From positions 69,357-133,356 of the forward strand of contig CAZBUD010000001.1 in assembly GCA_964495015.1 (NCBI GenBank): a stretch of 64,000 bases of DNA. The letters are read 5' to 3'. The notes beneath the pieces are model-generated. The model was not told where the DNA came from, did no database searches, and saw only the letters and a list, made by a program, of their open reading frames with translations. Position 1 is the first letter of the stretch; every line of letters starts with the position of its first letter. The translations under genes were made by a program, and so were the position numbers. Origin of the DNA: an uncultured Enterobacteriaceae bacterium. GTDB taxonomy: Bacteria; Desulfobacterota; Binatia; Bin18. This document shows, piece after piece, positions 14,871-25,387 of the stretch.

Positions 14871-17630
14871 GTGGGTGTAGTGTCTGGGTTTTTACTCGCC
14901 AGCCTTATACTCCTCCCGCTATTAGGCTCGCTCGTTTCATGGCCGGCACGCTTGCGGCAGCTTATCGCTCCGGCCTATACGCTTGTCCCCATACTCCAAC
15001 TGCTCATTGTTGTATCCCTCTGGCCGACGGTCCAAGAGGGCAATCGACTGCTGCTCGCATGGCCTTGGCTGCCCGGCTTGGGACTGAATCTAAGCCTGGC
15101 CCTAGATGGTCTGAGTTGGCTGTTTGCCGGCTTGATTTCGGGCGTAGGCGTGCTCATATTCGCCTACGCTGCCGCCTATATGCATGGTGATTCCACGCTC
15201 CCGCGCTTATACCGGCTGTTGCTCTTGTTCAATGCCGCCATGATGGGCATTGTTCTAGCGGACAACCTCATTCTTCTCATTGTCTTCTGGGAATTAACCA
15301 GCATCTCTTCTTTTCTCCTGATCGGTTTTCGCTCTCAACGCGCTGCCGCTTGCCAGGGGGCGAGTAAGGCATTCGGGATCACGGTGAGCGGCGGCCTGGT
15401 CATGATGTTCGGTATTTTCCTCGTGTATGCCGAACACGGGACTTTTGAGCTATCAGTCTTACTGTCTGGTCCAACTCCGATTTCTACTGCGGCGGGACTG
15501 TGTTTTCTGGTTGGCGCATTCACCAAATCTGCCCAGTTCCCCTTCCATATTTGGCTGCCTTCAGCCATGGAAGCCCCGACTCCAGTCAGCGCGTATCTAC
15601 ACGCGGCCACTATGGTCAAAGCTGGTCTGTATCTCATTGCCCGGCTCACCCCACTTTTTGCGAACGACCCGGTCTGGTCCGCTACGGTCATCAGCGTGGG
15701 AACGGTGACGCTTGTGTGGGGAGGAATTTTGGCTTGCAAACAGGTCGATCTCAAGGCCCTGCTTGCCAACTCGACCGTCAGTCAATTGGGACTGATCGTG
15801 CTGCTGCTCGGTCTACGGACCGAGATCGCCCTGCTGGCTGCCATACTCCACATTGTGAATCATGCTGCTTTTAAAGGCGCTCTCTTTTTGACAGCTGGGA
15901 CAGTCGAGCACGAAACCGGGACACGAGACCTGCGTCAGCTCGGCGGCCTACGGATGCGCATGCCCCTAGCGGCCGGCGCCGCAACGCTAGCGGCGGTGTC
16001 CATGGCCGGCCTGCCACCTCTGGGAGGCTTTATCAGTAAGGAATTATTCTACGAGGCAGCCCTTGAAGCCGGAACGGTGTTGACCGTCCTGGCGGTTGGG
16101 GCGAGTTGCCTCACCTTTTTGTATTCCTTTCTTTTCTTTCACGGTACCTTTTTCGGCCAGCCTGTCCCTACGCCACATCAACAGACTCGTAACCACATCG
16201 GAGCAACGCCATGGGGTTTGCTCCTACCCATCCTCGTCCTCAGCGGAATTGCCGTTTTGTTTGGACTTATACCCGGTTTGGCACAAGCCCTGATTACACC
16301 AGCTTTCATCAGCATTCACGGTGCCCCCCCGCAGTTCCACCTGTCCGTGTGGCATGGCTTGACACCGGCGCTTGGCTTAAGTGCGCTTACGGTCGGCATT
16401 GGCGCTGGGGCTTTTTTCTTGCGGCAGCGTTTTCTTTCTGCGGTTCGAGACCGTCAGGCGGTTTATTCTTTCAATCGTATGTATAACGACAGCCTCGATA
16501 TGTTTAGCCGTGTGTTTAAGTGGACGCGCGCGTTCTATATGACCGGCCTCGTCACCGACTATATACGCTACCTCCTCATTGCACTGATCGTGGGGCTGAG
16601 TGTTCCACTGTGGGACTTCTTCGACCATGTTGATTTTACCGATATTGCCGCACTTCAACTCGACATGGTTCCACCCGAATACTATGAGATCGGCCTTGCC
16701 GTACTCATGGCTTTCGCCGGCATTATGAGTTGCACCGTCTACTCGCGCATTGTCCTTGTCCTCTCACTCAGCCTGGTCGGCGCCCTGATGTCCATTTTTT
16801 TTGTATTGTTTAGTGCACCAGACGTGGCGCTGACCCAAATTTTGGTCGAAGTAGTCAGCTTAGTGCTCTTTCTCCTGGTGCTGCGCTATTTTTCGGTGAT
16901 CGTCCCACGACCAACCCCACCGGGCACGCGGGTGTTAAATATCGGGATCAGTGTTGGGACCGGCCTGCTGGTTGTCCTCCTGCTGTGTGCCGCCAATATT
17001 GGTCCATCCCTGCCCTCGCTCATTGGGCCCTACTACCTCTCGAATAGCTATGCCGTGGCGGGCGGACAGAATGTGGTGAATGTCATCTTGGTTGACTTTC
17101 GTGGTTTTGACACCATGGGCGAGATCACCGTCTTCAGCGTGGCCGTCTTTGCCGTCTTTGCCATGGTGCGACTCGGAGAAAAAGGTGCGCGACCTTTTGG
17201 TGCGATTCTTGTCTGGTTTCCTTCGCCCATTCTGCAATCGTTTGCCCGCCTGACTCTTCACCTCATGCTCGTGTTTGCTATTTATCTGCTACTGCGCGGC
17301 CATGACGCCCCAGGCGGCGGATTTATTGCCGGCGTGCTCACCGCAGTTGCCATCACGTTTCAGATGATGGCCTTTAACCTTGAAGCCGTTGTGGATGAAA
17401 TGCCGTGGAATCCGCTGCGGATGGTCGTCCTCGGGCTGCTGCTGGCAGCCTTCACCGGTTTGGGCGCATTGGCCTTCGGTCACCCTTTTCTGACCAGCGC
17501 GATCGGCCATTTTGTCCTGCCGCTTTTTGGCGAGGTCGAACTTGTCACCGCCATAGGATTCGACATCGGCGTGTATCTCGTCGTGCTGGGAACGACTGTG
17601 GGCATTATTCGTACGATTGCTGAGGACTAG
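14871..17630 (+). CDS. mrpA: Mrp-type monovalent cation/H+ antiporter subunit A (fused MrpA+MrpB, group-2 architecture)
   Basis: 919-aa polytopic ORF. It has a NuoL-like core ([44 protein letters not shown]) plus a C-terminal MnhB-like domain. The start is GTG 14871 or GTG 14880. Confidence 0.9.
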   Translation: MGVVSGFLLASLILLPLLGSLVSWPARLRQLIAPAYTLVPILQLLIVVSLWPTVQEGNRLLLAWPWLPGLGLNLSLALDGLSWLFAGLISGVGVLIFAYAAAYMHGDSTLPRLYRLLLLFNAAMMGIVLADNLILLIVFWELTSISSFLLIGFRSQRAAACQGASKAFGITVSGGLVMMFGIFLVYAEHGTFELSVLLSGPTPISTAAGLCFLVGAFTKSAQFPFHIWLPSAMEAPTPVSAYLHAATMVKAGLYLIARLTPLFANDPVWSATVISVGTVTLVWGGILACKQVDLKALLANSTVSQLGLIVLLLGLRTEIALLAAILHIVNHAAFKGALFLTAGTVEHETGTRDLRQLGGLRMRMPLAAGAATLAAVSMAGLPPLGGFISKELFYEAALEAGTVLTVLAVGASCLTFLYSFLFFHGTFFGQPVPTPHQQTRNHIGATPWGLLLPILVLSGIAVLFGLIPGLAQALITPAFISIHGAPPQFHLSVWHGLTPALGLSALTVGIGAGAFFLRQRFLSAVRDRQAVYSFNRMYNDSLDMFSRVFKWTRAFYMTGLVTDYIRYLLIALIVGLSVPLWDFFDHVDFTDIAALQLDMVPPEYYEIGLAVLMAFAGIMSCTVYSRIVLVLSLSLVGALMSIFFVLFSAPDVALTQILVEVVSLVLFLLVLRYFSVIVPRPTPPGTRVLNIGISVGTGLLVVLLLCAANIGPSLPSLIGPYYLSNSYAVAGGQNVVNVILVDFRGFDTMGEITVFSVAVFAVFAMVRLGEKGARPFGAILVWFPSPILQSFARLTLHLMLVFAIYLLLRGHDAPGGGFIAGVLTAVAITFQMMAFNLEAVVDEMPWNPLRMVVLGLLLAAFTGLGALAFGHPFLTSAIGHFVLPLFGEVELVTAIGFDIGVYLVVLGTTVGIIRTIAED

Positions 17631-17633
17631 CAC

Positions 17634-17966
17634 ATGGAATTTGTCATCATCTGTGTTATCGGCGTGTTGTTCGCAAGTGGGACATATCTAATCCTGCAAC
17701 GGCACTTATTACGGGTGATCGTAGGCTTGTCGCTCTACTCACACGCCGCCAACCTGGCCTTGATGGTTTCGGGCGGCCTCAAGCGCGGGCGACCGCCGCT
17801 ACTGACGACGGATCCGCCATACGCTGACCCTTTACCCCAGGCGTTGGTTTTAACGGCCATTGTTATCAGTTTCGGGATGACGGCGTTTGCCATGGTCTTA
17901 GCCTTTCGAACCAGACAGGTGTTTGGGTCAGACGGCGTGGATAAGTTAGCCGGAGGAGAAGAGTAA
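17634..17966 (+). CDS. mrpC: Mrp antiporter subunit C (NuoK-like)
   Basis: 110 aa with 3 TM helices. It begins 3 nt after the mrpA stop. Motif DPLPQALVLTAIVISF. Confidence 0.9.
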   Translation: MEFVIICVIGVLFASGTYLILQRHLLRVIVGLSLYSHAANLALMVSGGLKRGRPPLLTTDPPYADPLPQALVLTAIVISFGMTAFAMVLAFRTRQVFGSDGVDKLAGGEE

Positions 17967-17969
17967 TTC

Positions 17970-19454
17970 ATGCTGCCGGATCTCTTCATCATCCTCATCA
18001 TAGGTCCAGTTCTGACAGCGGCCTTCCTCGCGGCCTTTCGTCAGCAGCACGCCTTGCAGCACGGGCTGAGCCTTACTGTATGTTCCGGGCTTTGGCTGTT
18101 GTCGGTTCTAGGGCTGTTGCATGTGCTGCAGCACGGGATCGTGGTCTTGCGCATGGGCAATTGGCAGGCGCCATACGGCATCGTCCTGGTGGCCGATGTC
18201 CTCAGTATGGTCATGGTCGCCTTGACCATGACGGTTGCGGTCGCGGTGATCCTATTCTCAATACGCACGGTCGAGCGCGAACGACAGGAACATTTTTATT
18301 ACCCCCTGTTTTTTATTCTGCTAATGGGTGTCAATGGTGCGTTTCTGACTGGGGATCTGTTCAATTTGTTTGTATTCTTTGAGATCTTACTTATTGCCTC
18401 CTTTGCCCTATTGGCGCTGGGCTCGGAACCGGGCCAACTGCGGGAGACTGTTAAGTATTTAGTTATTAATTTGGTTTCGTCGACATTTTTTCTTATCGGC
18501 CTCGCGCTCCTCTACCGGACGATGGGCACCCTCAATATGGCCGATTTAGCGTTCAAGATCCAAAATTCTTCAGGCGAATTGGACCCCATGCTGACCATCC
18601 TGGCCATGGTGTTCCTGTTTGTCTTTGGCACCAAGGCCGCCATCTTTCCACTATTTTTCTGGTTGCCTGGTCCTTATTTTCAGCCGTCGGCAGGCTTGAG
18701 CGCGTTTTTCGGCGGCATTCTGACCAAGGTCGGCGTGTATGCCATCTTCCGGACATTCACCCTTCTCTTTCGCCATGCGCCGTCTTTCACCCACGAACTC
18801 TTGCTGGTCCTGGCTGCCCTGACTATTTTCATTGGCGTTTTTGGTGCCCTGTCACAAATGGATATGAAACGCATTCTGTCCTACCACATCGTCAGTCAGA
18901 TCGGGTATCTCATACTCGGTATCGGCCTGCTTACTCCCCACGGGCTGGCTGGCGCGCTCTTCTATATGGTGCCCTACGTCATGGCCAAGTCGGCATTATT
19001 CCTGATTGCCGGAGTGGTTCAGGAAGCGACAGGAAGCACCCATTTGAAGGCGGTCGGCGGTCTCCAGACACATTCGTGGACTCTCAGTGCGTTGTTCTTA
19101 CTGGCTGCACTCAGTCTGGCCGGCTTGCCACCTCTAGCCGGCTTCTTTAGCAAGTTTATCGTGCTGCAGGCCGGGATGGAGGCTGGCCGCTACGGCTATG
19201 TCGGCATTGGTCTGTTGGGCGGGTTGCTCACATTGGCGTCTATGCTCAAAATTTGGAACGGTATTTTTTGGGGCGAAGAAAAAGGCGAGCGCCGCCCGGT
19301 GGCGCTCCAACCCCTGTTTCCGAGCATAGTCTTGCTCGTCTTTTTTATTGTCGCTATTGGTTTGTTTCCCCGCATCCTGTACAGCGTCACTGAAGCCGCA
19401 GCACAACAAGTGTATGATCCGCAGATCTATATCTCTGCGGTCTTAGATTATTGA
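17970..19454 (+). CDS. mrpD: Mrp antiporter subunit D (NuoM/N-like)
   Basis: 494-aa polytopic ORF. Motifs FVFFEILLIASFALL and FPLFFWLPGPY. Confidence 0.9.
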   Translation: MLPDLFIILIIGPVLTAAFLAAFRQQHALQHGLSLTVCSGLWLLSVLGLLHVLQHGIVVLRMGNWQAPYGIVLVADVLSMVMVALTMTVAVAVILFSIRTVERERQEHFYYPLFFILLMGVNGAFLTGDLFNLFVFFEILLIASFALLALGSEPGQLRETVKYLVINLVSSTFFLIGLALLYRTMGTLNMADLAFKIQNSSGELDPMLTILAMVFLFVFGTKAAIFPLFFWLPGPYFQPSAGLSAFFGGILTKVGVYAIFRTFTLLFRHAPSFTHELLLVLAALTIFIGVFGALSQMDMKRILSYHIVSQIGYLILGIGLLTPHGLAGALFYMVPYVMAKSALFLIAGVVQEATGSTHLKAVGGLQTHSWTLSALFLLAALSLAGLPPLAGFFSKFIVLQAGMEAGRYGYVGIGLLGGLLTLASMLKIWNGIFWGEEKGERRPVALQPLFPSIVLLVFFIVAIGLFPRILYSVTEAAAQQVYDPQIYISAVLDY

Positions 19455-19939
19455 AAAATATGGTTACTCGACTTCTGCTCAATATCGCTCTCGCTGTAGT
19501 GTGGTGCCTGCTGCAGAACGAGGTCTCTCTGCGTCAGTTCCTGATCGGCTCGTTGGTCGCGACTGCAGCCATGCTCTTTTTTCCGCGCTCTTTTCATCAA
19601 GAGCGTCGCTATCTGCACAAGGTCAGCTTGAGTTTTCAGCTAGCGGTGTTCTTTTTCAAAGAATTGCTGATTGCCAACGTGACGGTCGTCAAGCAGGTCT
19701 TGGCGCCAAAGCTCAAGATTCAATCTGGGATTATTGCCTATCCCGTTGAATTGAAGGACGATTTTCTCATTACCCTACTGGCGAACATGATCACCCTCAC
19801 CCCAGGCACGCTGTCGGTGGAAGTCGCACCCGATCGGAAGTTTCTCTTCATTCACTTCCTTAATGTCGAGGATATCGCGCAAGAACGGCGTCTTATCAGA
19901 GACGGTTTTGAACACTATCTCCAACGCATTGCCCAATGA
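19451..19939 (+). CDS. mrpE: Mrp antiporter subunit E
   Basis: 162 aa. It overlaps the mrpD stop, and its position and size are typical of MnhE. Motif ANMITLTPGTLSVEV. Confidence 0.85.
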   Translation: MKNMVTRLLLNIALAVVWCLLQNEVSLRQFLIGSLVATAAMLFFPRSFHQERRYLHKVSLSFQLAVFFFKELLIANVTVVKQVLAPKLKIQSGIIAYPVELKDDFLITLLANMITLTPGTLSVEVAPDRKFLFIHFLNVEDIAQERRLIRDGFEHYLQRIAQ

Positions 19940-20208
19940 TTACCCCCTTTGTGTCACTTGTTGTTTTGTGCGGCATTACGCTATCGGTATTGCTGAGTGC
20001 GTACCGAGTCCTACGCGGCCCAACCATACCCGACCGGGTGGTTGCCCTAGATAATATCTCAGTCAATTTGGTCGCAGCCATCATCGTCTTTTCGATTCAC
20101 ACTCAGAGTGCCCTCTATATGGATGTGGCCCTCGTGCTTGCCATTCTGTCGTTCTTAGCGACCGTGGCGGCAGCTAAATACTTACTCGGAGGAACGGTTA
20201 TTGACTGA
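19936..20208 (+). CDS. mrpF: Mrp antiporter subunit F
   Basis: 90 aa with an ATGA overlap. Motif YRVLRGPTIPDRVVALD. Confidence 0.85.
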   Translation: MITPFVSLVVLCGITLSVLLSAYRVLRGPTIPDRVVALDNISVNLVAAIIVFSIHTQSALYMDVALVLAILSFLATVAAAKYLLGGTVID

Positions 20209-20560
20209 AGTCCCCTACATACTCGACGTCTTCGTTAGTCTCTTATTACTGCTCGGCTTATTTTTTCTCTTGACCGGGACTTTCGGACTACTGCGGCTCA
20301 GGGACGTGTATGCGCGTATGCATGCCACGACTAAAAGCACCACGTTTGGCGTCGCGGGGCTCGTGCTCGCCGCACTCCTGTACCTGCGCTATTTGGGTTT
20401 GTCGTCAGGTCTCAAAGAAAGTCTGGTTCTGATCTTTCTCTTTCTCACCGCTCCGGTTGGCGCGCATATGATCGCGCGGGCGGCCTACCGAGCCGGCGTA
20501 TCCATGTGGCAAGGTGGCGTGGTCGACGAGTTCAGGGATGGGGAAGAGAGGAATCGGTAA
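20201..20560 (+). CDS. mrpG: Mrp antiporter subunit G
   Basis: 119 aa with a TTG start overlapping mrpF. Motifs GTFGLLRLRDVYARMHATTK and APVGAHMIARAAY. Confidence 0.85.
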   Translation: MTEVPYILDVFVSLLLLLGLFFLLTGTFGLLRLRDVYARMHATTKSTTFGVAGLVLAALLYLRYLGLSSGLKESLVLIFLFLTAPVGAHMIARAAYRAGVSMWQGGVVDEFRDGEERNR

Positions 20561-20751
20561 GTCGATTCGCGAGATTGTTGTGACAGAGGCAGAAGGCACC
20601 AGTGGGAGCGGTAACAACAGACTCCCACAAATTCAAATTCTTTTTCCACTATGTATAGACCAAGTCCTATTTTGAAAATTGCGTTACACTGGCCTTGTTC
20701 TTCTGGGCCGGAGCCGAAGACGTACCGAGCATGTCAGAGCGACCCTGCGCC

Positions 20752-21105
20752 TTAGCCCAACGCCTCCGCTAAGATATCCCCTTCCTGGCAGTCTCCGGTG
20801 TCAAACCCTTCGGTGAACCAGTCGTAGACCGGGGCGAGGAGGTCGCGAGCTTCCGCCGTCTTTCCTCGCCGCTGCCACAGGCGAGCTAGGCTCATGACAG
20901 CACGCCGTTTCTAGGATTTGGCCTGTTGGTGGAGGGCAATCTCTATTGTCTTCCAGAAACAGACTTCCACTCCCTCCTCGCTGTTGAACTCGGAACGTTG
21001 AACCTTCAGCTCTTACAATATCCGCTCCCCGTCGAGCCTATAAAGTTCCACCTCGTAGCAGCGCTCTCCGGCCCGCCCGTAAAAGCCAGCCCCTCGGCGC
21101 CAGGC
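20752..21105 (-). pseudogene. C-terminal remnant of a large AAA/STAND-TPR signal-transduction regulator, with two in-frame stops
   Basis: The minus-strand frame reads ..GERCYEVELYRLDGERIL*ELKV....VEVCFWKTIEIALHQQAKS*KRRAVMSLARLWQRRGKTAEARDLLAPVYDWFTEGFDTGDCQEGDILAEALG*, with stops at 21013-21015 and 20911-20913. The LARLW..GK..EAR.LLAPVY.WFTEGFDT tail is a hallmark I recall for this protein class. Confidence 0.65.
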
Positions 21106-21374
21106 CTACTTAACCGTGCGCTTCGCCGGGCACGGCAAGACAGAGCAATTGAACCATTGCTCACCCTGTCGCCCGGTAGCCAGCGGGACCCTACCGCATC
21201 TGCCCATTCACCTTTTTGACCCGTCCCTGTGCAGCCCGTGCCCGCCACTATCTCCGTCGCCGCCGCCGCCGCCGAGAACAGCGCAAATCCTTGCTCAGCA
21301 GCTAGCCAGAGGAAGAAATTCTTCGCCGCAAACCTCCCCAGACCAGCAAACATCAAATCCACGTTGACAAAGTA

Positions 21375-22397
21375 TTAGTGCAACGCTGGCATGACCTCTT
21401 TGGCAAACAGTTCCATCGAGCGCCGGCTTTTGGACGGGTCAAGACCGGGTAAGTGCATGCCGAGGACGAGGTGGGTAGTACGTACGTCTTTCGTAAACTG
21501 CGCGATCTCACGTCCGACTTCCTCCGGAGTGCCGATCATGGGACTGGCCAGTAACTGTTCCGGATTGTTCCGCAGCTCAGATACTGGTGGTAACTGACTG
21601 AACTGTTCAGCGCCCGGAAAATCTTTGGCTTCCGCCAGCCAGCGACCGTACCAGGTCAACATATAGTGCAGATGCTCCTGCGCGTCGTCCCAAGCTTCAG
21701 CGTGGGTCGACGCGACGTAGGTCCAACGCAATTGCGCGGCATGAAAATCTTTAGGGTCACGCCCATGCCTGCGCAATGCGGAGTCATATATCTCCTGAGC
21801 GGCGGAGGTCCCTCCTCCCATAAAGTGGCAACCAAGTCGAGCGGCGCGCTCGACGGCCTTTTGCGCGTTAGCACCGATCCACAGCGGCGGATGTGGAGTC
21901 TGAGCTGGCTTGGGTTCGAGGCGGATATTCTTTAGTTGATAGTGTTTGCCCTCATGCGAAAACGGATCTTGGGTCCACATGCCCTTGATGACCTCAATGC
22001 CTTCTTCCAAGAGTGATGCACGCTCCTTACGAGGAATACCGTAGCCCTCAAACTCAGAGGGGGTATAGCCTTGTCCAAGGCCCAGATCAAAGCGACCGTC
22101 GGTCAACACATCCACAGTCGCAGCATCTTCGCCAACGCGAACGGCATTGTGCAGAGGTAAGAGGAGAAGAAACGTGCCAATACGCACCCGAGTCGTCATA
22201 GCGGCAAGCGCGCCGGCAATTGGCAGTAGCGAAGGCGAATAACCATCTTCGGCAAAATGATGCTCGGTGAGCCAGATCGTGTCATAGCCGAGTTCCTCGG
22301 CAACCTGGGCCTGACGCAACTGTTCGGCGTAAAACTGTGTAAACGGCTTGCGCCATTGAGGGGGATTCCGAAAGGGGAAGAGTAACCCAACATCCAT
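21375..22397 (-). CDS. LLM-class (luciferase-like) flavin/F420-dependent oxidoreductase
   Basis: 340-aa ORF. Motifs LGYDTIWLTEHHFAEDGY, RFDLGLGQGY and PPLWIGA. Confidence 0.85.
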   Translation of the reverse strand: MDVGLLFPFRNPPQWRKPFTQFYAEQLRQAQVAEELGYDTIWLTEHHFAEDGYSPSLLPIAGALAAMTTRVRIGTFLLLLPLHNAVRVGEDAATVDVLTDGRFDLGLGQGYTPSEFEGYGIPRKERASLLEEGIEVIKGMWTQDPFSHEGKHYQLKNIRLEPKPAQTPHPPLWIGANAQKAVERAARLGCHFMGGGTSAAQEIYDSALRRHGRDPKDFHAAQLRWTYVASTHAEAWDDAQEHLHYMLTWYGRWLAEAKDFPGAEQFSQLPPVSELRNNPEQLLASPMIGTPEEVGREIAQFTKDVRTTHLVLGMHLPGLDPSKSRRSMELFAKEVMPALH

Positions 22398-22425
22398 AAA
22401 GTCCTCCTTTGTTGCTACGATACGT

Positions 22426-23619
22426 CTAGATCAGACCCGTTTCTCGCATAGCTGCAATGGCATCCTCACTGTATCCCAGCTCCGTCAAAATCTCAGCGCT
22501 GTGCTCGCCGAGGAGCGGGGATGCTTTGATTGGAACATCTGAGTCGGATAGCCTGATGGGGTTACCCGCCATGGTATAGGTCCCTCGGGTTGGATGGTCG
22601 AGGTCGAGTATCATCTCTCGTTCGCGCAAATGAGGGTCATTTAGTACCTCACCTGTATCCTGACACGCTCCGCACGGTACCCCTGCACTCGCCAGGATTT
22701 GCATGACCTCGTGTTTTGGTCTTTTCGCCGTCCACTCTTCGATGAAGGCATTCACCTCATCCACGTGTTCTACGCGTGCATCAGCTGTCTGGTAACGAAC
22801 ATCACCGATCAGCTCAGCGCGCTCTATGGCCCGCAGGAGCGGCTCCCACATTTGCTGCTGGGCAATGATGAACACGTAGTCGTTTGCCCCGCCGGGATGA
22901 CACCGGTAGGTGTTTGCCGGAACAAACGAGCCAAGCTGATTGCCGTTACGTTCAACCGGCTTGCCGTAGCGCTGATGATCGCGCAGGCTGACGCGCACCA
23001 AATTCACGACTGCATCTTGCATCGACACTTCGACCTGTTGACCTTCGCCGCTTGTATTACGTTGCATGAGAGCCGCCAATATACCGATCGCACAATGCAT
23101 ACCCGTACCCGAGTCTCCAACGCACGACCAGGTTACTGTTGGCGGATTGTCGGGAAAGCCGGTGACACTCATGGAGCCGCCCATTGCTTGCGCGACCGGC
23201 TCAAAGCTCTTGAACGAACTATACGGACCGGAGGAGCCAAAGCCTTTAATACTGGCGTAGACAATGCGAGGGTTGAGTTGTTTGAGTATGTCGTAGCCAA
23301 ACCCCAACCGTTCCATCGTGCCAGGACCAAAATTCTCCAACACCACATCTGCAGTCTGGACCAGTTTGCGTAAGGCCTCTTTGCCCTGCGACTGTTTGAG
23401 ATTGAGCGTCAGGCTCCGTTTATTGGCATTGAAGAAGAGAAAGAATAGGCTGTCAGTCCCAGGCCGATCACTCAGGCTCACCCGCGCAATATCTCCGCGG
23501 CCCGGGGGTTCGACCTTGATGACATCGGCACCAAGCCAGGCCAAGATTTGGGCGCACGAAGGTCCCGCTTGGTTATGGGTGAGATCAAGAACACGGATGC
23601 CGTCCAGCGCACTGCCCAT
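22426..23619 (-). CDS. class III (CaiB/BaiF) CoA-transferase, formyl-CoA transferase (Frc)-like
   Basis: 397-aa ORF preceded by the RBS GAGGGGA. LDGIRVLDLTHNQAGPSCAQILAWLGADVIKVEPPGRGD, NANKRS, ENFGPG and DSGTGMHCAIGILAAL follow the recalled Frc sequence closely, but without its long insertion. Confidence 0.9.
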   Translation of the reverse strand: MGSALDGIRVLDLTHNQAGPSCAQILAWLGADVIKVEPPGRGDIARVSLSDRPGTDSLFFLFFNANKRSLTLNLKQSQGKEALRKLVQTADVVLENFGPGTMERLGFGYDILKQLNPRIVYASIKGFGSSGPYSSFKSFEPVAQAMGGSMSVTGFPDNPPTVTWSCVGDSGTGMHCAIGILAALMQRNTSGEGQQVEVSMQDAVVNLVRVSLRDHQRYGKPVERNGNQLGSFVPANTYRCHPGGANDYVFIIAQQQMWEPLLRAIERAELIGDVRYQTADARVEHVDEVNAFIEEWTAKRPKHEVMQILASAGVPCGACQDTGEVLNDPHLREREMILDLDHPTRGTYTMAGNPIRLSDSDVPIKASPLLGEHSAEILTELGYSEDAIAAMRETGLI

Positions 23620-23637
23620 AGCAAATACTCCCCTCTG

Positions 23638-23988
23638 CTAGTCCAGCGTAATGAAAAGCGACTTTCGCGGTTTGCCCTTCACCGCCCGGCTAATATGGCC
23701 CTGACCGGTCGTATCTTCGGCAAGCAGGATGTCTCCCGTTCCAAGAACCCGCTTGGTGCCATCGCCGATTTCAATCTCGACCTCGCCGTCCAGCATCACC
23801 ACATATTGGCGGCGTGGGGCATTGTGAAAATCAAGATCATAGTCGCCCGAGGTGTGGCGAAATATCACTCCAGTTGCTTGGACGAGCTCAGACACCTGCC
23901 CAACCATTCCTCCGTCTTTGAGCGGTATATCCACATCTTCAAAATGCGACCGGTTGTCTGGCCCGGTGTACACACGTGTCGCTTTCAT
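23638..23988 (-). CDS. cupin-domain protein
   Basis: The start is chosen at ATG 23988 (MKATRVYTG..). A single cupin barrel (HNAPRRQYVVMLDGEVEIEIGDG..RVLGTGDILLAED). It ends 18 nt upstream of the CoA-transferase gene. Confidence 0.7.
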   Translation of the reverse strand: MKATRVYTGPDNRSHFEDVDIPLKDGGMVGQVSELVQATGVIFRHTSGDYDLDFHNAPRRQYVVMLDGEVEIEIGDGTKRVLGTGDILLAEDTTGQGHISRAVKGKPRKSLFITLD

Positions 23989-24236
23989 TTTTATCCCCCC
24001 TTCGCAAACGTCCGTCGGCGGTATGACAGCTGGCACTGTATGACAGCGGGAAGGGAGGTGTCAAACAAAATGATATTTCTCAGTTCTGTCAGGCTTTCAG
24101 CAACCGTCAGACATCTTTCTAGAGATGCCTCTCCCACGTCTTTCTCTCAGGTCTTGCCCATCTGTCCCTGGACACAAGCATAGGCGCTGGCCTATAGTTG
24201 GGCCGCCGATCACACGACCACGAAGGAGATACACCT

Positions 24237-25322
24237 ATGCGCGCTGCAGTCATGCTCGATCATAAACTTACGGTTGACGATGTCCCCGTTCCTGAGCCTG
24301 GGCCAGGGGAAGTTCTGGTGAAAACACTTGCCTGTGGCATTTGCGGCTCAGATCTCCACGCCCTCAAGCATACCGAGCAACTTGTTGCAGTCTCAGAGCG
24401 TTCAGGTGGAGTTTTCGACATGGATCTAAGTCGCGGTGTTGTGATGGGTCATGAGTTTTGCGTTGAAGTGGTCGACCATGGGCCAGACACCCAAAAAATA
24501 CTCAAGGTCGGCACCCGAGCGGTTTCTATGCCGTTAATCTTACGCTCAAGCGGCATCCAAACGGTTGGATATTCGAACGAGAATCCTGGTGGTTACGGTG
24601 AGTATATGCGTCTGACTGAAAATTTACTGATCGAGGTGCCGAATGGTCTCCCGACAGAAAAGGCAGCCCTAACCGAACCGATGGCCGTCGGTCTGCACGC
24701 TGTTGAGAAGGCACGCTTGGACAAGGATGACGTACCGCTGGTGATCGGCTGTGGCCCAGTCGGCCTTGCAGTTATTTCCTCTTTGCGGATGAAAGGTATC
24801 CATCCGATTGTTGCAGCGGACTTCTCTTCGCGCCGCCGTCAGCTTGCCGAGGAAGTAGGGGCAGACGTTATTATCGATCCGGCGGAAAAGTCGCCGTACA
24901 CAAGCTGGCAAGAAGCTGCGGTCTGGGCCGATCCAAGCCAGGCACCTGCCCAACCACCCTGGGCGACCGGCCCCGCTTCGCGGCCAGGTGTCATTTTTGA
25001 ATGCGTGGGCATACCGGGAGTCATTGATCAGATTATGGCTGCCGCGCCGCAAGGTGCCCGTATTGTTGTAGTCGGAGTATGTATGGAAAAAGACAGCTTC
25101 GAGCCCATGTTCGGGATCAATAAAGAGCTAAACCTTCAATTTGTACTGGGCTATAGCGGCGAAGAATACGCGGCAACGCTGCACCATATTGCGGAAGGTA
25201 AAATCATTGCGGATCCACTCATTACAGGTACGGTCGGTGTTAATGGAATTGCACAGGCGTTTGAAGACCTTAGTTCACCTGAACAGCATGCAAAAATTAT
25301 CGTTGAACCATGGCGAAGTTAG
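24237..25322 (+). CDS. zinc-dependent MDR alcohol/polyol dehydrogenase
   Basis: The start is chosen at ATG 24237 (RBS AAGGAGA). Motifs CGICGSDLH, GHEFCVEV and the Rossmann motif VIGCGPVGLAVI. Confidence 0.85.
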   Translation: MRAAVMLDHKLTVDDVPVPEPGPGEVLVKTLACGICGSDLHALKHTEQLVAVSERSGGVFDMDLSRGVVMGHEFCVEVVDHGPDTQKILKVGTRAVSMPLILRSSGIQTVGYSNENPGGYGEYMRLTENLLIEVPNGLPTEKAALTEPMAVGLHAVEKARLDKDDVPLVIGCGPVGLAVISSLRMKGIHPIVAADFSSRRRQLAEEVGADVIIDPAEKSPYTSWQEAAVWADPSQAPAQPPWATGPASRPGVIFECVGIPGVIDQIMAAAPQGARIVVVGVCMEKDSFEPMFGINKELNLQFVLGYSGEEYAATLHHIAEGKIIADPLITGTVGVNGIAQAFEDLSSPEQHAKIIVEPWRS

Positions 25323-25387
25323 CTTCGCATTCGTGTGCGTCGTATTCACCCTCATCACACCTCAATATCGGGGGGAAAGAGAGAAGT

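Noticed and set aside
20602-20628. Hairpin gtgggag-N13-ctcccac after mrpG, considered as an intrinsic terminator.
   Set aside because: The loop is large, and the T-rich run starts ~12 nt after the stem rather than immediately. It is too weak to annotate.
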